Shown in pieces: positions 1-13,400 of a stretch of 64,000 nucleotides of DNA. The position numbers and the translations under genes were made by a program. The stretch is from Convolutriloba macropyga (Eukaryota), in contig NC_134473.1 of the NCBI RefSeq assembly GCF_964194025.1, positions 74,648,001-74,712,000 on the forward strand, read 5' to 3'. Within the stretch, counting starts at the first letter, position 1, and each line of letters opens with the position of its first letter. The notes below the pieces were generated by a model. It worked only from the letters and a program-made list of their open reading frames with translations. It ran no database searches and was not told the origin of the DNA.

Positions 1-119
1 TCAGTTTTGTCATAATGAACAATTTTGTGTACTCTTTCTTCCTTCACCAAATGCTGAATCTCCTTTGGCAGCGAAGGATCGTTCTTGTCTATTTCTTCAC
101 CAACCGGGTGTTTCGACAT
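1..119 (-). CDS. Partial ORF of unknown function (MSKHPVGEEIDKNDPSLPKEIQHLVKEERVHKIVHYDKT...), open to window edge; part of virus-like ORF cluster
   Basis: ATG at 119-117 overlaps the end of ORF 97..396; no stop before position 1. Confidence 0.4.
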   Translation of the reverse strand, partial: MSKHPVGEEIDKNDPSLPKEIQHLVKEERVHKIVHYDKT

Positions 120-396
120 CAGTAAGAGTCTCGGAGGACAGACTTTGGGTTGAGTTTTTGACATTTTGCTTTCTCCACTGAAGAAAAGGTTCAATATAGT
201 ATACTAAATGAGTAAATGAGCGAATTTCGTCCTCAGTCAGCAACAATTTAACTTTTCTCTGTAAAAACTGGTTTCCGGTTTTTATGGTTTCGTCTTTGGA
301 AATTGAAAGACTCAGTTTCCCGTCCCCCGTAATCAAAGCGCAAATTGTTGAACTCGGTGACAAGGGTGCTTCCACTTTCGTCAATTCCTCTCTCAT
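97..396 (-). CDS. Uncharacterised 99-aa ORF overlapping both neighbours; probable Maverick/Polinton-type accessory gene
   Basis: ORF track; intronless, overlapping arrangement with 248..877 and 1..119. Confidence 0.45.
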   Translation of the reverse strand: MREELTKVEAPLSPSSTICALITGDGKLSLSISKDETIKTGNQFLQRKVKLLLTEDEIRSFTHLVYYIEPFLQWRKQNVKNSTQSLSSETLTDVETPGW

Positions 397-877
397 TTGT
401 TAACCAGTTGAAATAGAAAATGAATTTTTCTTTTGCACAATGTTTGTTGAAATTGTTTTTGCCCTTTGAATGATTTTGACAGTTTTGTGTAAAATAGTTC
501 ACAGTTATCGAAGGACAGGCGAGTGAATTCAGATCAATGATAGGGCACTCAAGCAAATCTGACAAAAATTTTACTTTTTCCTCTCCCTTAGCGTAAAATA
601 TTGCACCCGGATTCCTCAAACGAACGCTTTGAATTATTTGTGTAAGATAAATATAGGGATAGTTTCCTGTGTCCCACTCAATGCCGTGTAAATTTCTAGT
701 CAACCAACTGAAAGATTGCTTTTGTTGAGTTGTTAACTCACTATAACTTGTTGGAGGTAAAAATCACACGCAGTCAAGATAGTCCTCGGTGCAAACATCA
801 AGTTCTTTAACAATAAATTTTTCTTTTCTGTGACGGAACCCTTCAACGTCTAACACAACTGTTTTGCTGCTCAGCAT
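248..877 (-). pseudogene. DEDD-type 3'-5' exonuclease-like gene of the kind carried by Maverick/Polinton-like elements, with one in-frame stop
   Basis: Manual translation from ATG 877: MLSSKTVVLDVEGFRHRKEKFIVKEL...DCV*FLPP...SWLTRNLHGIEWDTGNYPY...FYAKGEEKVKFL...IIDLNSLACP...HCA. ExoI-like DxE motif (LDVEGF); TGA at 764-766. Confidence 0.65.
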
Positions 878-886
878 TCCAATAAA

Positions 887-1086
887 NNNNNNNNNNNNNN
901 NNNNNNNNNNNNNNNNNNNNNNNNNNNNNNNNNNNNNNNNNNNNNNNNNNNNNNNNNNNNNNNNNNNNNNNNNNNNNNNNNNNNNNNNNNNNNNNNNNNN
1001 NNNNNNNNNNNNNNNNNNNNNNNNNNNNNNNNNNNNNNNNNNNNNNNNNNNNNNNNNNNNNNNNNNNNNNNNNNNNNNNNNNNNNN
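887..1086. other. Assembly gap (200 N)
   Basis: Run of n. Confidence 0.99.
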
Positions 1087-2249
1087 TATTTAAAAATCAT
1101 ATATGACACTTAGTAATTGTTGAAATATGGATCCATATTTTTTTTGCATGATTAGGAAGAATGTTCATACCCGGTAAAGTGTTGATTGATAATTTTTTAT
1201 TCATTTACTATCAGTCTGTATCAACTATAACATTAGACGTTTCGGAGCAATAATGACTCCTAGATTAGAGATTAGTGCGCATATAAATTTTACGTCACCC
1301 ATACGCAACTGCAATTTTATGTGTAGTAACATGCTATATCACAACCTCCTCTTCAAAAAAGAAAAAGATCAAAAAAACTGATATCCATCAATTATTCTGT
1401 TCGGACCTGATTCAGTCCCGACTAATAAACTGACCGGATATATCATTCGTGCGGCCTAATGACAACGTATATAAGACCCAAGATTGTTAAAATAATTATG
1501 GTTCTCAGGGCCTTAAGCACACCAAAAGTTTGTGATATATAACACTTGGCAAAGCAAGATTACTTAGAAGTCAAACATTGGGGCGTTTTTTTCCATGACC
1601 TGAACGATCTAGACTCTGTATTTCAAGGATCCTGGCATTTGTAAAACAAATATTCTTTTAAAAACATACACGACTGATCGATCACTCATTATTTGGAAAA
1701 AAGCCATTTCTGCAAATAGATCTTTTCTAACGGCTTTCGGCAGAAATTTTCTAAATTTAACCTAAGCCTTATCCGGCAAATTTCAATATTCGATGCTATT
1801 TTATGTACCAAATTTCTGAGGCGACGTAATATACACTATTTCTGATCTGCAAATTGTTGTTTTATACCTCAATTAGTAAACCAATTTACTTCTATGAAAC
1901 CAGTTTCCAATTTATTTTTCCGATGGTTTCTGATCATATGGCAGCGCGGAAAAAGTGACATGCTTCAGTTTTCAGGAAAAACTAGAAGAAACATTGTAGT
2001 CGTACCGAAAAAAGGAGCATCGCGTAATTGTCTTCTATCCGAAAAAAACTAACAGAACAGAGGAGTAAAATGGGAGATTGAATGAGTGCTCGAAAATGAG
2101 AGCTTGAAATTAGAGCTGTTCGTTGTATATATCGATACAACAGAGAACTGATTTTAAAAATGCATTCAAGATAATCTGAACTGCACAATTTTAACATAAA
2201 AAGAGTTATGTATCAGATCTGCTACATTTTCAGCAGTTACTACATCAAG

Positions 2250-2612
2250 CAAACTTAATGACATATAATAGTTTGGAGGAGAGAGTAAGTCGAGGGCTGC
2301 GTAAAGAATATATTATCTACCACATTCAATTGTGCGCGTTGACTTTTTGCATGAACAATTTGAGTCTAACTTCTAGATGAGAAGAAAGTAGAACTATGAG
2401 TTAAGCCAGTAAAAAAGTAAGAAAAAATATCAAACTTAAAGACATAAAATTGTTTGGAGTAGAGAGTAAGTCGAGGGTTGCGTACACAATATTTTTTCTA
2501 CCACTCTCAATTCTGCGCGCTGACTTTTTGCATCAACAGTGTGAGTCTAATTTCTAGATGAGAAGAAGGTAGAACTATGAGTTAAGAGTCAGTATGAAGT
2601 AAAAGAAAATAT
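2250..2612 (+). repeat. Two-copy tandem duplication, unit ~181 bp
   Basis: caaacttaa.gacata.aat.gtttggag.agagagtaagtcgaggg.tgcgta...gtagaactatgagttaag occurs at ~2250 and ~2431. Confidence 0.9.
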
Positions 2613-2831
2613 CATTGCACGTACAAGGGAAAAAGAATTCCGTTTTCATAGGTACCTATTATTAACCAGAGTTTAGGGCTAGGATCTGAAGAGTGTGGTG
2701 TTAGCGAGAGAATGAGATTCGATAGGTAAGTTGGCCGAGTAAAAGTACCGTAAAAGTAAAGTTTTCAGCATCGAGCACAAGTTGTTTCAATATTAGAAGA
2801 ACCGTGTGGTACATGTGACCAAATCAGTCAC

Positions 2832-3140
2832 GTTTAGTACTTGACTATCTCTTTACCGAATACTTTCTCTATTGTGACCGCCTGTCGGGTTCAGTCATAC
2901 AATTTCATGTAAACAGGTTGACCTCAGTTTACCTAATGTGACCTCCAGTGTTGTATAACGTTGCGCTATGTTCAACCTTTTGTCTGCCAATGTTCAAAGG
3001 TGTCTGAATTGCTTCATTCTCTTTCTTTCGATCTGAAGAAAACAGTTTCAATTTAATCAATTGCTACTTTAACACTTTTCTCCCTATTTGTACTAAAATA
3101 CAATTAGGTAAGCCGCCTATCGCGTATCAATTTAGAATTA
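2832..3140 (+). repeat. Probable 5' LTR remnant of the Gypsy element
   Basis: Diverged direct repeat of 8581-8800 (tagtacttgactat..ttaccgaata..ccgcctgtcgggtt..aggttgacctc..cttttctcccta..ccgcctatcgcgtat), with ~100 bp extra at ~2945-3040. Confidence 0.65.
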
Positions 3141-5170
3141 ACGAAAGAAGACACAAGAACGCCATTAGGAATAGGCCCATTCTGGGAACTTCCATCACAA
3201 GAGCCTCCAACACCAAGAGAATTTGTCCATCAGACGCGAAACTTTTATTTTTGCAAGATAAAATATCGATCTTGCAGTACTGTTAGAACCAGTACCTACA
3301 GATGTTGTTTTTCCAAATGAAGCATTACACCAGGTACCAAATCTTAATCCAACTCCAAGCTCCGAAAGAGAAAAGCCAACTAAAAATAAACAACTCAGAA
3401 GAAACTGAGAGAATAGATGTCAAAGAACAAAAGAAATAGGTATAATGTGCGGCAAGAAACCCCGGACTGCCGCATGCAGACCCGAAAGCATGTTCATTAG
3501 TAATCCTAAGTGTTGGAAAAGAAGATCGCACACAATTACATAGATGGTACCCACTCGTGAGCGTCGAAAACGTATAAGTATCAGCCTTCTAGGTGTAGAT
3601 GGAAAGTTTTTTTAAATAAAGAAACATTGCATTTGATTGATTCACAATGCGGAGCAGAAAACAAGGTAAAGACAAAACAAAACCCAATTTTTTGGTGCTA
3701 TTACAGATATGGCAGCAAACTATAGTTTTGATCATCTTGAGGGAGAAAGAATCAGAGATACATTCATCTTTAACAAGAAAAATTGTGGTATTCATAGAGA
3801 GTTTTTGAAAGAGACAGTCGAACCACAACGCGCATTACAAGTGGCAAAAAAATTGAAAAAAGTTTTTTTAACCAAAAAGTTATATAAAGTAGCCCAAGCG
3901 ACCTGATTCTATCACATTTATTCAATCTTCATCAAAATTCAAAGATCAATACGCGATCACCGGGAACCAATTGAACATTTAGTCTTGGCAAAAACAGTAA
4001 TTATCAACCAAGATATTACCAACCAAGAACAAATCAGAACAAGTGTCGTAATTGCGAAGTTCTCTGCGATAAAGATCATAAGTCACGCTGCCCGACGAAT
4101 AACCAAGTTTGCAGAAATGAATTGGAAAATGTGACACTTCGCTCGAGTTTGCAGAAAAAGTCTCAAACACCAATCAAATTCATTCACTAACAAAAGGACA
4201 ACGAATTACTAGATGCGACTCCAGAATCTCCAGCAGTATATTTGTTCAACGAATCGAAATTAAAAACAATGTTGTTCCGACATATCCGATTCAGATGAGT
4301 ACCACGTACTATACATACACGACAACCAAGAAACCAGACGAAGAAATTTAAAAATTAAAATCGGAAATGTAGTGGAGGTAGAAGTTTTGGCTGATTCGGG
4401 AAGCCCGTCAACGGTAGTGAACAAAAATTTGGAAAAAGAAATACTACACTCAATTCACAAAATAATTTGGAACAGGAATGATTAAATAGCACTTAAAAGT
4501 TTCTCAAAGGACACTAGTGACATCATAAGATCACTAAATGTAGAGTTGAATCAAATGGGTGGCAAGTAGACTCTTGGAAGACACAAGTGGTACCTGATTG
4601 GCATAATCCACTATTTGGAAGTAGATTGTTTCCAAAAGTTGTAATATATCTAATCCAGAAGCAAAGTAAGTCTTGAGAAATTATGCCAAACAAAATTAGA
4701 AGTTAGCAAAACATTTCCTAACTTAAATAAACGCCTCAGAAAGTCTAAAATTTACACTGTTAAGTCAGTTTTTAGGCATTTTAGACAAAAAATCACAGTG
4801 TGAAATCAAAAAGTTTGACGGATTCAAATTCGACAATTGCCCAGATCATTACTTTATTTTGCTAGTTGTATTAACACTATAAAAAAGTTCAACCTGTAGA
4901 AATCGCGCTAGTCTCAAAAGTCCATAGTAAAGCCATCCTAAAGAACAAATATCAGTTGCTGAACATCGATGTCCTAACGGTCATTTTTGGAAGCGCGATC
5001 AGCAAATCCAAAGAAAGTTAAGTATTGTTCTGTGCCCTTGATTTGAAATAAGCATACAGTCAACTTAATTTAGATACTAAAACTTCTAAACATTGTAACT
5101 TTAACATAATTGGAGCTGATTGTTCAGGGACCTACAAAATTTAAAATGGATTTTATTATTTTATAGACAT

Positions 5171-5270
5171 GCCTGCTAAGTTTCAAAAAGCATTGGATTT
5201 CACTTTATACCCCAAGACATGTCTGCTAAGTTTCAAAAAGCATTGGATTTCACTTTATACCCCAAGACAT
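5171..5270 (+). repeat. 50-bp tandem duplication inside the RT region
   Basis: 5171-5220 and 5221-5270 differ at one base; agacat microhomology at 5165-5170 and at the unit ends. Confidence 0.95.
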
Positions 5271-8200
5271 ACGTATAGCTTCTTACACGACATTATCATA
5301 GTCACACGAGGATCAAAATTGAAACATATTAAAGACGTGTACGCGTGCCTCACGGTACTAGATGATGCAAATCTCAGATTAAAGCTCCCAAAACGCCTTT
5401 GCGAAACATGAAATAAACTGGCTCTGATTTTACATATCAAAAATGGTTGTAAACCGTTAACTTCTAGAACAAAAGCTGTTTTTGGACCTGAAATCTCCAA
5501 CGACATTTATACAAATACAGTAATTTATGGGTTGCATTGTTCATGTTACAAGTTGCTTCCTCAACCGAGCAGAATTGAGTTATCCATTAAAATGTTTGAA
5601 GAAGGGAAACAAAATCGTTTGATCAGATACTCATCAAGATCACTTCGAAAAGATGAAGAAACAAAAATAACAAATGCTGCCAAAAACGTCCACTTCAATC
5701 AAAAGTTGCACACACGAGTCTGATGCGATGCATTCAGAGAAGGGTTAGGATGTGCTCTGGAACAACAGACACAAATCGGAAGGAAACCTATTTCATACGC
5801 ATCCCGTTTCTTGAATCAGTGTGAACAAAAGTACAGCATATTCGAATTAGATTTAAAAGGTGTTTAACGGGCGATAGAACATTTAAAACATTGCCTTTAC
5901 GTAAAATCATTCGCAGTGATAACTGATCATCGAGCATTACTTTCATTACTTAAGACAAACAATGCAAACAGAAAATATCCAAGCTGTCTAACACGCTGGA
6001 TAGAAAGGCTCAGACTGTTTAGTTTCAATTTTCAACATATGACCGGTTCTAGTTTGGGTTTTGTTGCTTTTATGTCACGTTATTTTTTCGGAAATGCACA
6101 TATAAATTAATAACATGACGAAGAATTGGTAGAAGCAAAAATCAAGCTGATATAAATTTCGGTACTAAACAGCATTTGGCAAAACTGACATTCAATCAAT
6201 TGCCCTGAAAATCTAGCAAAGTCGCGCTTAAATGTTAGAGAAAATCAACGCGACCAGTATTTCACTGTAATTTTTGAGAATTGTCCCAAGCTAAATGGCC
6301 TAGGAAGATATAAAAGAGAATTGAAAACCACTTTTTGCTATTAGCAACGATACCGTTCAATCACAGTCAATAGATTCCTTTACGTTCAATACTTCCATTC
6401 GAAAATTCATTAAAACTTTAAGTCAACATTCACTTCAAAATACTTCTAATTTTTGTTCTCATCTTACTTATAATTTTAATAATCACAGTCTTACTTTTAA
6501 TCATTACTTGAAGTCAATTATTTCAATCCATAAAAATAATTACCCTACATGCACATCGCGTCACTCCAATCTTAATCCCTCGCAGACGACAAAGTCAAAA
6601 GACCTCCACCCAAGAAAAATGGACCCAGAAGGTACGGAGCGCAAAAACTCAACACCACGGAAACCCATAGTTATCTTCGACCGTAACGTATCTTTCTAGA
6701 GTACCCATTCAACACAGTCAAGTGACTTAGCAAATACATCGGTAAATACTTCTACTGAAATTGATTTTCGACTTTCTGACAACCTTAGACAAAGTATTTA
6801 ACAAAAAATTCATCGCAGCAATGACCTCAAAGGATGCCGTACTCAAAGAAAAAACGTGACTGTGTGGTAGCTGATGACGAGGAGAGATTTAAGCGACTAT
6901 CGAAGTACATACATTCGTGATTCGAAAATTTTCATGTCAGACATGGATGCTTGTGTATTGCTGACAAGATTGTTATACCACATGCGATGAAAAACACAAT
7001 GATCGAGTCATTCCACATATCTCATTCAGGTAGTTTGGGTTGTCGGATCTATCGAGGAACGCATATTGGCCATATACCATTCGCGACCTCTATGCAAAAG
7101 CGGCCGAGTGTACTCTTTGTACTGTGATAAGTTAAAACTTAGAATAATTAATTGCTAAATGCCTAAACTGAAGGCCGATCCAATAAATTTTCCTTAGGAA
7201 AAGTCCATCCAGGTACATCGAATGGTTATATAAGACACTTCATTGAAGACTAAATATACAATCATGGCTTGCCAAAATAGATTAGAGTCCGTCAAACACG
7301 TAGTTTTTTTGGCACAAACTTATGAATTTCTGTGAGAAGCACAACATAAATTTAGTAGAAGCCTCAGCAAATGACCATCTGGTGATTGTTTTGGTTGACA
7401 GACCAATTCAGACAATCAAATGTAGACTCGTTTGCATCAAACACCGAAACATGATAAGTAATTACAATACTAACTTTCCGGTGGCAACTGTTTACAATAT
7501 TTAAACTGACTACCAATTACGCATATGTACAAAAAAAGCATTAAACTCTCACAGTTAAACAATCAAAATTGGCGACCTCCAAAAACACGAAATATTTGCA
7601 TATCTGAAACTTCAAATCACAAAACTATAAACGGCTATATTGTTAAAAAATGTTGTTTAGATGCTGAAACGTTGAATTGCAAAGAAATTTTACCAAACGA
7701 TAAAAAGAGTAACAACGACTACAGTTGCGATGAAGAAAATAAGTGCAGGAAAGCTACGCCTCTCGAAATGTAAGCAGTTAAACGGCTGAATCACAACCAA
7801 ATAAAATTGGAGTTGCAAAAACGATAACAACGGCTTTGATAATCTCAAGAGCAGAAAACAAGGAAAAAACGAGGGGTAAAAAAAACCCAACTGTCGAGTG
7901 TGCAAAGCGTCCTAAACTACGCGTTCCAAAATAGAGAAGGCCAAAAAGGAATCAGGACGAAATACGCATTTCAATCAAAAAGACCACATTAGGAAAACAA
8001 GCGGAAGAGAATGGTCTGGTTAAAGAAATCCACCAACACTCCCCTGTACAAAGCTCTAGCAATAACGGCATAACAAGTACACAACAAGCGGATGCATTTG
8101 TCTACAAGATACATGGAAGACAGGTACAAACCTCTGCCACCAACAAAGAACTCAATATTCGAGTCATTGAGAAATGCGGTTGAGGACTTAAACGCGACCA

Positions 8201-8580
8201 TCGTATCACCAGTACTGTTACAGCAAAATAATCATTCAAGCCCCAGCTGAATGTCGTCCAGATCATCTCAAGAAAAAACAACTCTGTACGCTCAAGAAAT
8301 AATTTTGGATTATTCCAAATATGAGTCTCTTGAAAAACTTGTTTTGGAAACTGAGAAAGATTTCACCCTAGAAGCCATTAATCTGACGTGTCAAATGCTA
8401 TATATTTGTACTTACTAAATGTCTAACCATCATCATCTCATCCACTCATATCATCGAACACATTAAAATTCAGCAGACATTATATTAGATTTCAAGTTTT
8501 GTGACAGTTACTTAGTTATTTGCTAACTTATTCATAAATTTCACATAATTGCACAAAATTTCACTCCATCAATGGGTTTT

Positions 8581-8800
8581 GTTAAGTACTAGATTATCGC
8601 GTTACCGAATAGATTTTCTATTGTTCCCGCCTATCGGGTTTACTCATACATGTTCAATTTTATAGGTTGACCTCGGTTTAAATAATGTTCCTTGAGTAGA
8701 ACAGTTGCATTTCTACTGTTTTAACTCTTACTCTTTTCTCCCTAATTATATTAAAAAATAATTTGATCAATCCGCCTATCGCGTATAACTTTGGATTTAC
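8581..8800 (+). repeat. Probable 3' LTR remnant of the Gypsy element
   Basis: Diverged direct repeat of 2832-3140. Confidence 0.65.
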
Positions 8801-10395
8801 TTTATGACAAACTGGAAGCATAAAGCAAAAAGCTGTCAGATACCAACTAAATGGACGGTCTCGTTCGTTCATTGAGGTGGTGAGAGTGTTGACACAATAC
8901 CATCGACAATTGTTCTCTTGACTGATTCTGTGATGTTCGTACTTGGGAAGAGGTGGTCCAGGGTTGTACAGGTCCTCCAGACATTGTATACGGAAGATAT
9001 TGCCCCTACTCTTCCTTCGAGTCTTTTAAGAGTAACAACCAGCAATTCTGTGTAGCAAAACTGGGTCATTGTCAAAATCCGTTGGAAGCTGGTTCTCTTG
9101 TATAAATTGCAACATACTTGGCAACCGCTATTCACACTAATAGTCGGCAATTTTCCACGTGGTGGAGGTAGAGAATTATCACTAGTAGTATATGATTAGA
9201 TTAGATTTTTTTGTTCTGAATCTGACTTAAAGAATTCCTGGCGTCTCGTTAGAGAAGATAAATTTCTCGCTCTGTCTCATGTGTCTTTTTTAGATGACGT
9301 AATTTAGTTAGTCCCGCACGGAATGCCCTCTGGATATTTGACTTATCAGTCTTGAAAAGGATCTTGATAGTGTGTTGACATAATGTGAGAAGATCGCTGT
9401 TTTTCGAAAAAATATTCTTCATCTTTGACTATTGACTATTTCAATCTTCGTAAGTCAGTGTACACATTGATTGTTAAACAATCTTGGCTTTCTATGGCCT
9501 CTGTACTGACGTCACTTATTCTTCCAAGGCGCTAAACACCTCTTAGCGTAAACTCATCTAGAAGCCAAAGTAGAGCGCTTGCCTTGATGGATTTCAGATC
9601 GTTCTCTCCGTTATCATCTGCCTGTAAGGTGTGATATGTAATATCCCTAAAATCCGCTCCAAAAAGGGTTGAAACACTTTTGGGTTTTGAGTATACTTGA
9701 AGTCTTGTGTTCTCGATATTTTGATTTTTGCTGTGAGAGGCGCTAAAGCCAAGTGACTTCATCTGAGAATGAAATGGTTACGTGTTGAGGGTTGTTCACA
9801 ACTGCAATCAGAGGAAACGTAAAATGATGTTTGAGTTATTGGATCCCAAACACATCCAAAACGTGGAGCTAGTTTAGGGTCTTCTTTCCAGAATTTGTTT
9901 TCATTTGATCACTGTTGAGCAATATACTTGCTGTCAATGTTGACATTTCCTCAAAATGATGTTTTCTTAGAAGCTGTAAAATTTACTATTTTGTCAGACT
10001 TTATGAGCTCTGGGTATCCCTCCCTTGATAAAAAATAGTGTAATTTCACGTTAAAAATTGTCGATATCCAGACTATGGCAAATCTGTAAATGCGATTCAC
10101 AAGTTACTAATAACTTAAAAACGCAAAAATATAGTTTTTCAAGCTTCCTAGATTTGTATCCAATAAAGAAGTGTTCGAAGCAACCTTCATCTACATTGAT
10201 TATTTTTATATTCTGAGCTTTCCATCTGCGGCATTCCAACTTAGTTTTCTCTGGATTCATCGAATACTGATGATGATTGGGATACATTTTTATAGTTATG
10301 CTCAGACACACTTTGTTCACATTTGTTGACAGCGTTTACTGTTGGCGTGAAAAATTAACTGAGTGACATGGTCTCTGGCGACAAGTGTGATTTTG

Positions 10396-10480
10396 AATAG
10401 CTTTGAGTTTTGGTTACCTTATGGTGGCTATTCGTTGAATAGCTTTGAGTTTTGGTAGACCTTATGGTGGCTCTTCGTTA
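10396..10480 (+). repeat. Two-copy ~42-bp tandem repeat
   Basis: gaatagctttgagttttggt(t/ag)accttatggtggct.ttcgtt twice. Confidence 0.9.
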
Positions 10481-13400
10481 GGTTCTAACTATTTCCTTTA
10501 GCAACTATTTTTGAATGTCTTTATTTGATAAAAATGATTCTATAATAAGTACACTTTTTAGCAGATCCAGGTTACTTTTTTCCGCAATTTATGTTATGCC
10601 TCCAAAAATTTGTTTCACGCTTTTGTTGGCTATTAAATTCCGAATTGCTCATGATACCTTTGTCAAACAAAAATTTGAAAAAATTGTCAAGTTCCTTTGA
10701 AAAAGATTTCATAGATTTTTTTGCTATGGTTTTGTTGCTTACGTGGGATCCCGGTGGTACATTTGTTTACACCCCGCAATACACCATTACCATAATGAAT
10801 TATTATGAGTGCATATAAACTTTGATCCACCTGTTTCAATGTTTGTCTCCACTTATGTTCGCTAGATCGATTGTGGCGGGACTTCTATTCTGATCAGCGT
10901 GCTGACCGACTGTCTTACCTAAGTGAATGGAAAAGCAAAGTTTCGCGCACTTTATTTTCTTTGGTAAAAACATCCGGAAACAAATGTGAAAACCTCGAAA
11001 ATGAAATGAGCAAAATTAGAAAACCAAACAAGGAATTCAAAAATTAAAAACAAAGCTTGAGCTTCAACACACTGCGACAAACAGTGATATGAAATTATGG
11101 ATAAAACTTGATTTTCTTGTGGTGAGTTTTAAGCTGAATGCTGGGTATGCAGTCAAATTTTAAACCGAAAAAATAGAGATTGATTGATGTGTGGCGACCG
11201 GTTCTCTGGAGATTAGTAATTGAACATTTCGGCTAGGATCCCATTAATCGGTTGAATTAATTTGTTGCTGTCTTCTTAGTGTTGTTTAGATTTTCTTCAT
11301 CTAAGAGTTTTGACAACAATTATTGGTAGGCAGTTTCCAAGTTTTTTTTTAATAACATATTAAAGCCAAAATTAAGAAGCTTTTCAAGCAGTATTTGATT
11401 AAATTGTGGTTTACTTTTTTATTTGAAATCTGATTGTTTTGATACTGGCGTTGCGCTAGAGAAGTTTGATTAACTTCATGTGGCCTTATCAGAACGGCGT
11501 ACGTTATGCACTACCATATGGAAAACGCAGGAAACATTACAAAGTATCTTTATATTGGCTTTAATAAGTTTAAGCACGTCGCTGTTGTTTCACTGTTGCT
11601 GAGAATTTTTTCATCTCTGAATTTTTACAATTTCATTGCAGCGCGAGTCAGTGTCCCTGTTGATACACGAATGTCAAATGACAGTGGTTTTACGTTTCCT
11701 CCGTTATAACCATTATAACTTTTTTATCCTTCCGAGGGGTCAAGTTTCTCAAATAGGTTTAAACTCAAATAAGACCCAAAATAAATTTTCTGATACCAGG
11801 TTTAAAATTTTTCTCGCGTTTTGGTTTGCTTATTAGCTCCGCGAAGTGTGGTTCAAAAGTTTAAAGTTCTTCATCGTTCTTGTGTAGAGAAACGAAAGTT
11901 TGTAGTGGTGAGATGATGGAAGCGAGTCATTAGCTGACTTCTTTGTTTTTGCTGTTCAAAGCATTTGATCCATGTTCATTCAAAATTTGGAACAGTTGGA
12001 GGATTCATTTTTCGGACAACGATTTGCTGTAATGTCAATGTTGTTATTTTCTAATAAGAGGAACTTTTTTAGCTCTCCGGTAGCCTTTCCCTTTACAGAT
12101 ATGGTTGCATGTTGTCAACAATCAACGTCAAGACTTTATCCAACTTCTAAGAAGTCTGTACAATTTTCAAAGAGTTTCTAAACACATAAAAATGAAGATA
12201 TACTGTTGTTCAATTTTGCATAAACTATCCTCAAAAAAGAAGGTTTCGAAATATTTTTCGCCAATGTCGAGAAAATGGAACGCTCTTTTGGCGTCCTCAA
12301 ATTGAAAATAACGAAGATCCGACATAATCGTTTTTATATTCTGAGTAATGCATCTGCAATATAAAAAAATGGATGAGCATTTTTGGAATGGTCGAAAACC
12401 GATGATTGAAAAAATTTTTGTAAAAAGAGCTCTGAGAATTTTCATTCGCATATTGTCGATTGTTGCCTTGGGCGTCTGGAACAAATAAATAACTTAATTG
12501 GCCTTGATTTCAAGTATGGTACTTTGGCTTTGATTCCAAGCGGTTTAGGCAAGTTTCAGTCTTCCCGTGCCCGCAAAACTTTTTTTTCATCATGGAATAG
12601 ATTGAATTGTAGATTTGCCTCATTTTGTTCAAGTTATTGTCCGCTTTGCGTTCTTGTCAATAACTATCTGAAGCTTTGTAAAATCTTCATCAGATAAGAT
12701 TGGATGACGCTCATGTTGTGTAGTGCTTTCTTTTTTTGTAAACCATTTTCTGCTCTATAAACGATTGTTGTTCTTCTGAGCTTTTGTTTCAGAGCAAAAA
12801 TTTCACTGCCTTAACAACGTTTATAACATTTTAAGTTTTAAAAGGTTGTTCATTGCTACGAATTTTGTTTCGAAATTGCATCGAAATTAAATGTTCGGAA
12901 ATGCTTTGAAGTTAAACTTTGATACTTGTAGCCATTTTTCTACGCGTTCCTCTGTTTTCTAACCCCTGCTTCTGTGGTTAGCAGGGTTAATATTTCCAAT
13001 TATATGCTTCGGAGCATCTGCATATAAAGGTAGTTGAAGTACATTTTTCTCAACAATACTGCATTTTGCCGTGAGAGATGATGTAGCCAGATGACTTCAT
13101 CTGAGAGTGAAGTGGTTGGGTGTTAAGGTTTCTTCATCGCTGCTATTCGAGAAATTTATGTTTAGGATCAGGAGAATACGATAACTTCGATTTCTGTGAC
13201 AGTTTTTCTTGTATTTCTGCTTTCATTTGCTGACTTCCTAAGACGATCAAATGTGTTCTTTCTGGTGTTTGAATTGTTTGCTCTCATTTACATCCAAAGT
13301 TTGGAGCAAGTCGTTGGCCCATTTTCCAGATATTATTTGCGTTGATAACTGTTGAGCAGTATAATTCCTGTCCGTGCTGATTTTTTTTAATATGAGGAGT

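Larger units (their letters stand above)
2832..8800 (+). mobile_element. Decayed Ty3/Gypsy LTR retrotransposon (Mag-like gag), many stops and frameshifts
   Basis: Gag (MAANYSFDHLEGERIRDTFI, 3709-3906); double zinc knuckle CRNC..H...CP....CRN/HFARVC (~4043-4155); protease LADSGS (4387-4404); RT KNKYQ..LDLK*AYSQ..DMPAKFQKALD..YSFLHDII (4940-5300; FLDD mutated to FLHD); RNase H CDAFREGLG..YASRFL..TDHRAL (5720-6100); integrase remnants (6930-7500). Domain order PR-RT-RH-IN. Confidence 0.92.

Noticed and set aside
764-766. In-frame TGA as selenocysteine or recoded stop
   Set aside because: Host genes use standard stops, the position is not a recognisable catalytic Cys and no SECIS was identified; a nonsense mutation is simpler.
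843-1109. ORFs of X residues
   Set aside because: Artefacts of the N gap.
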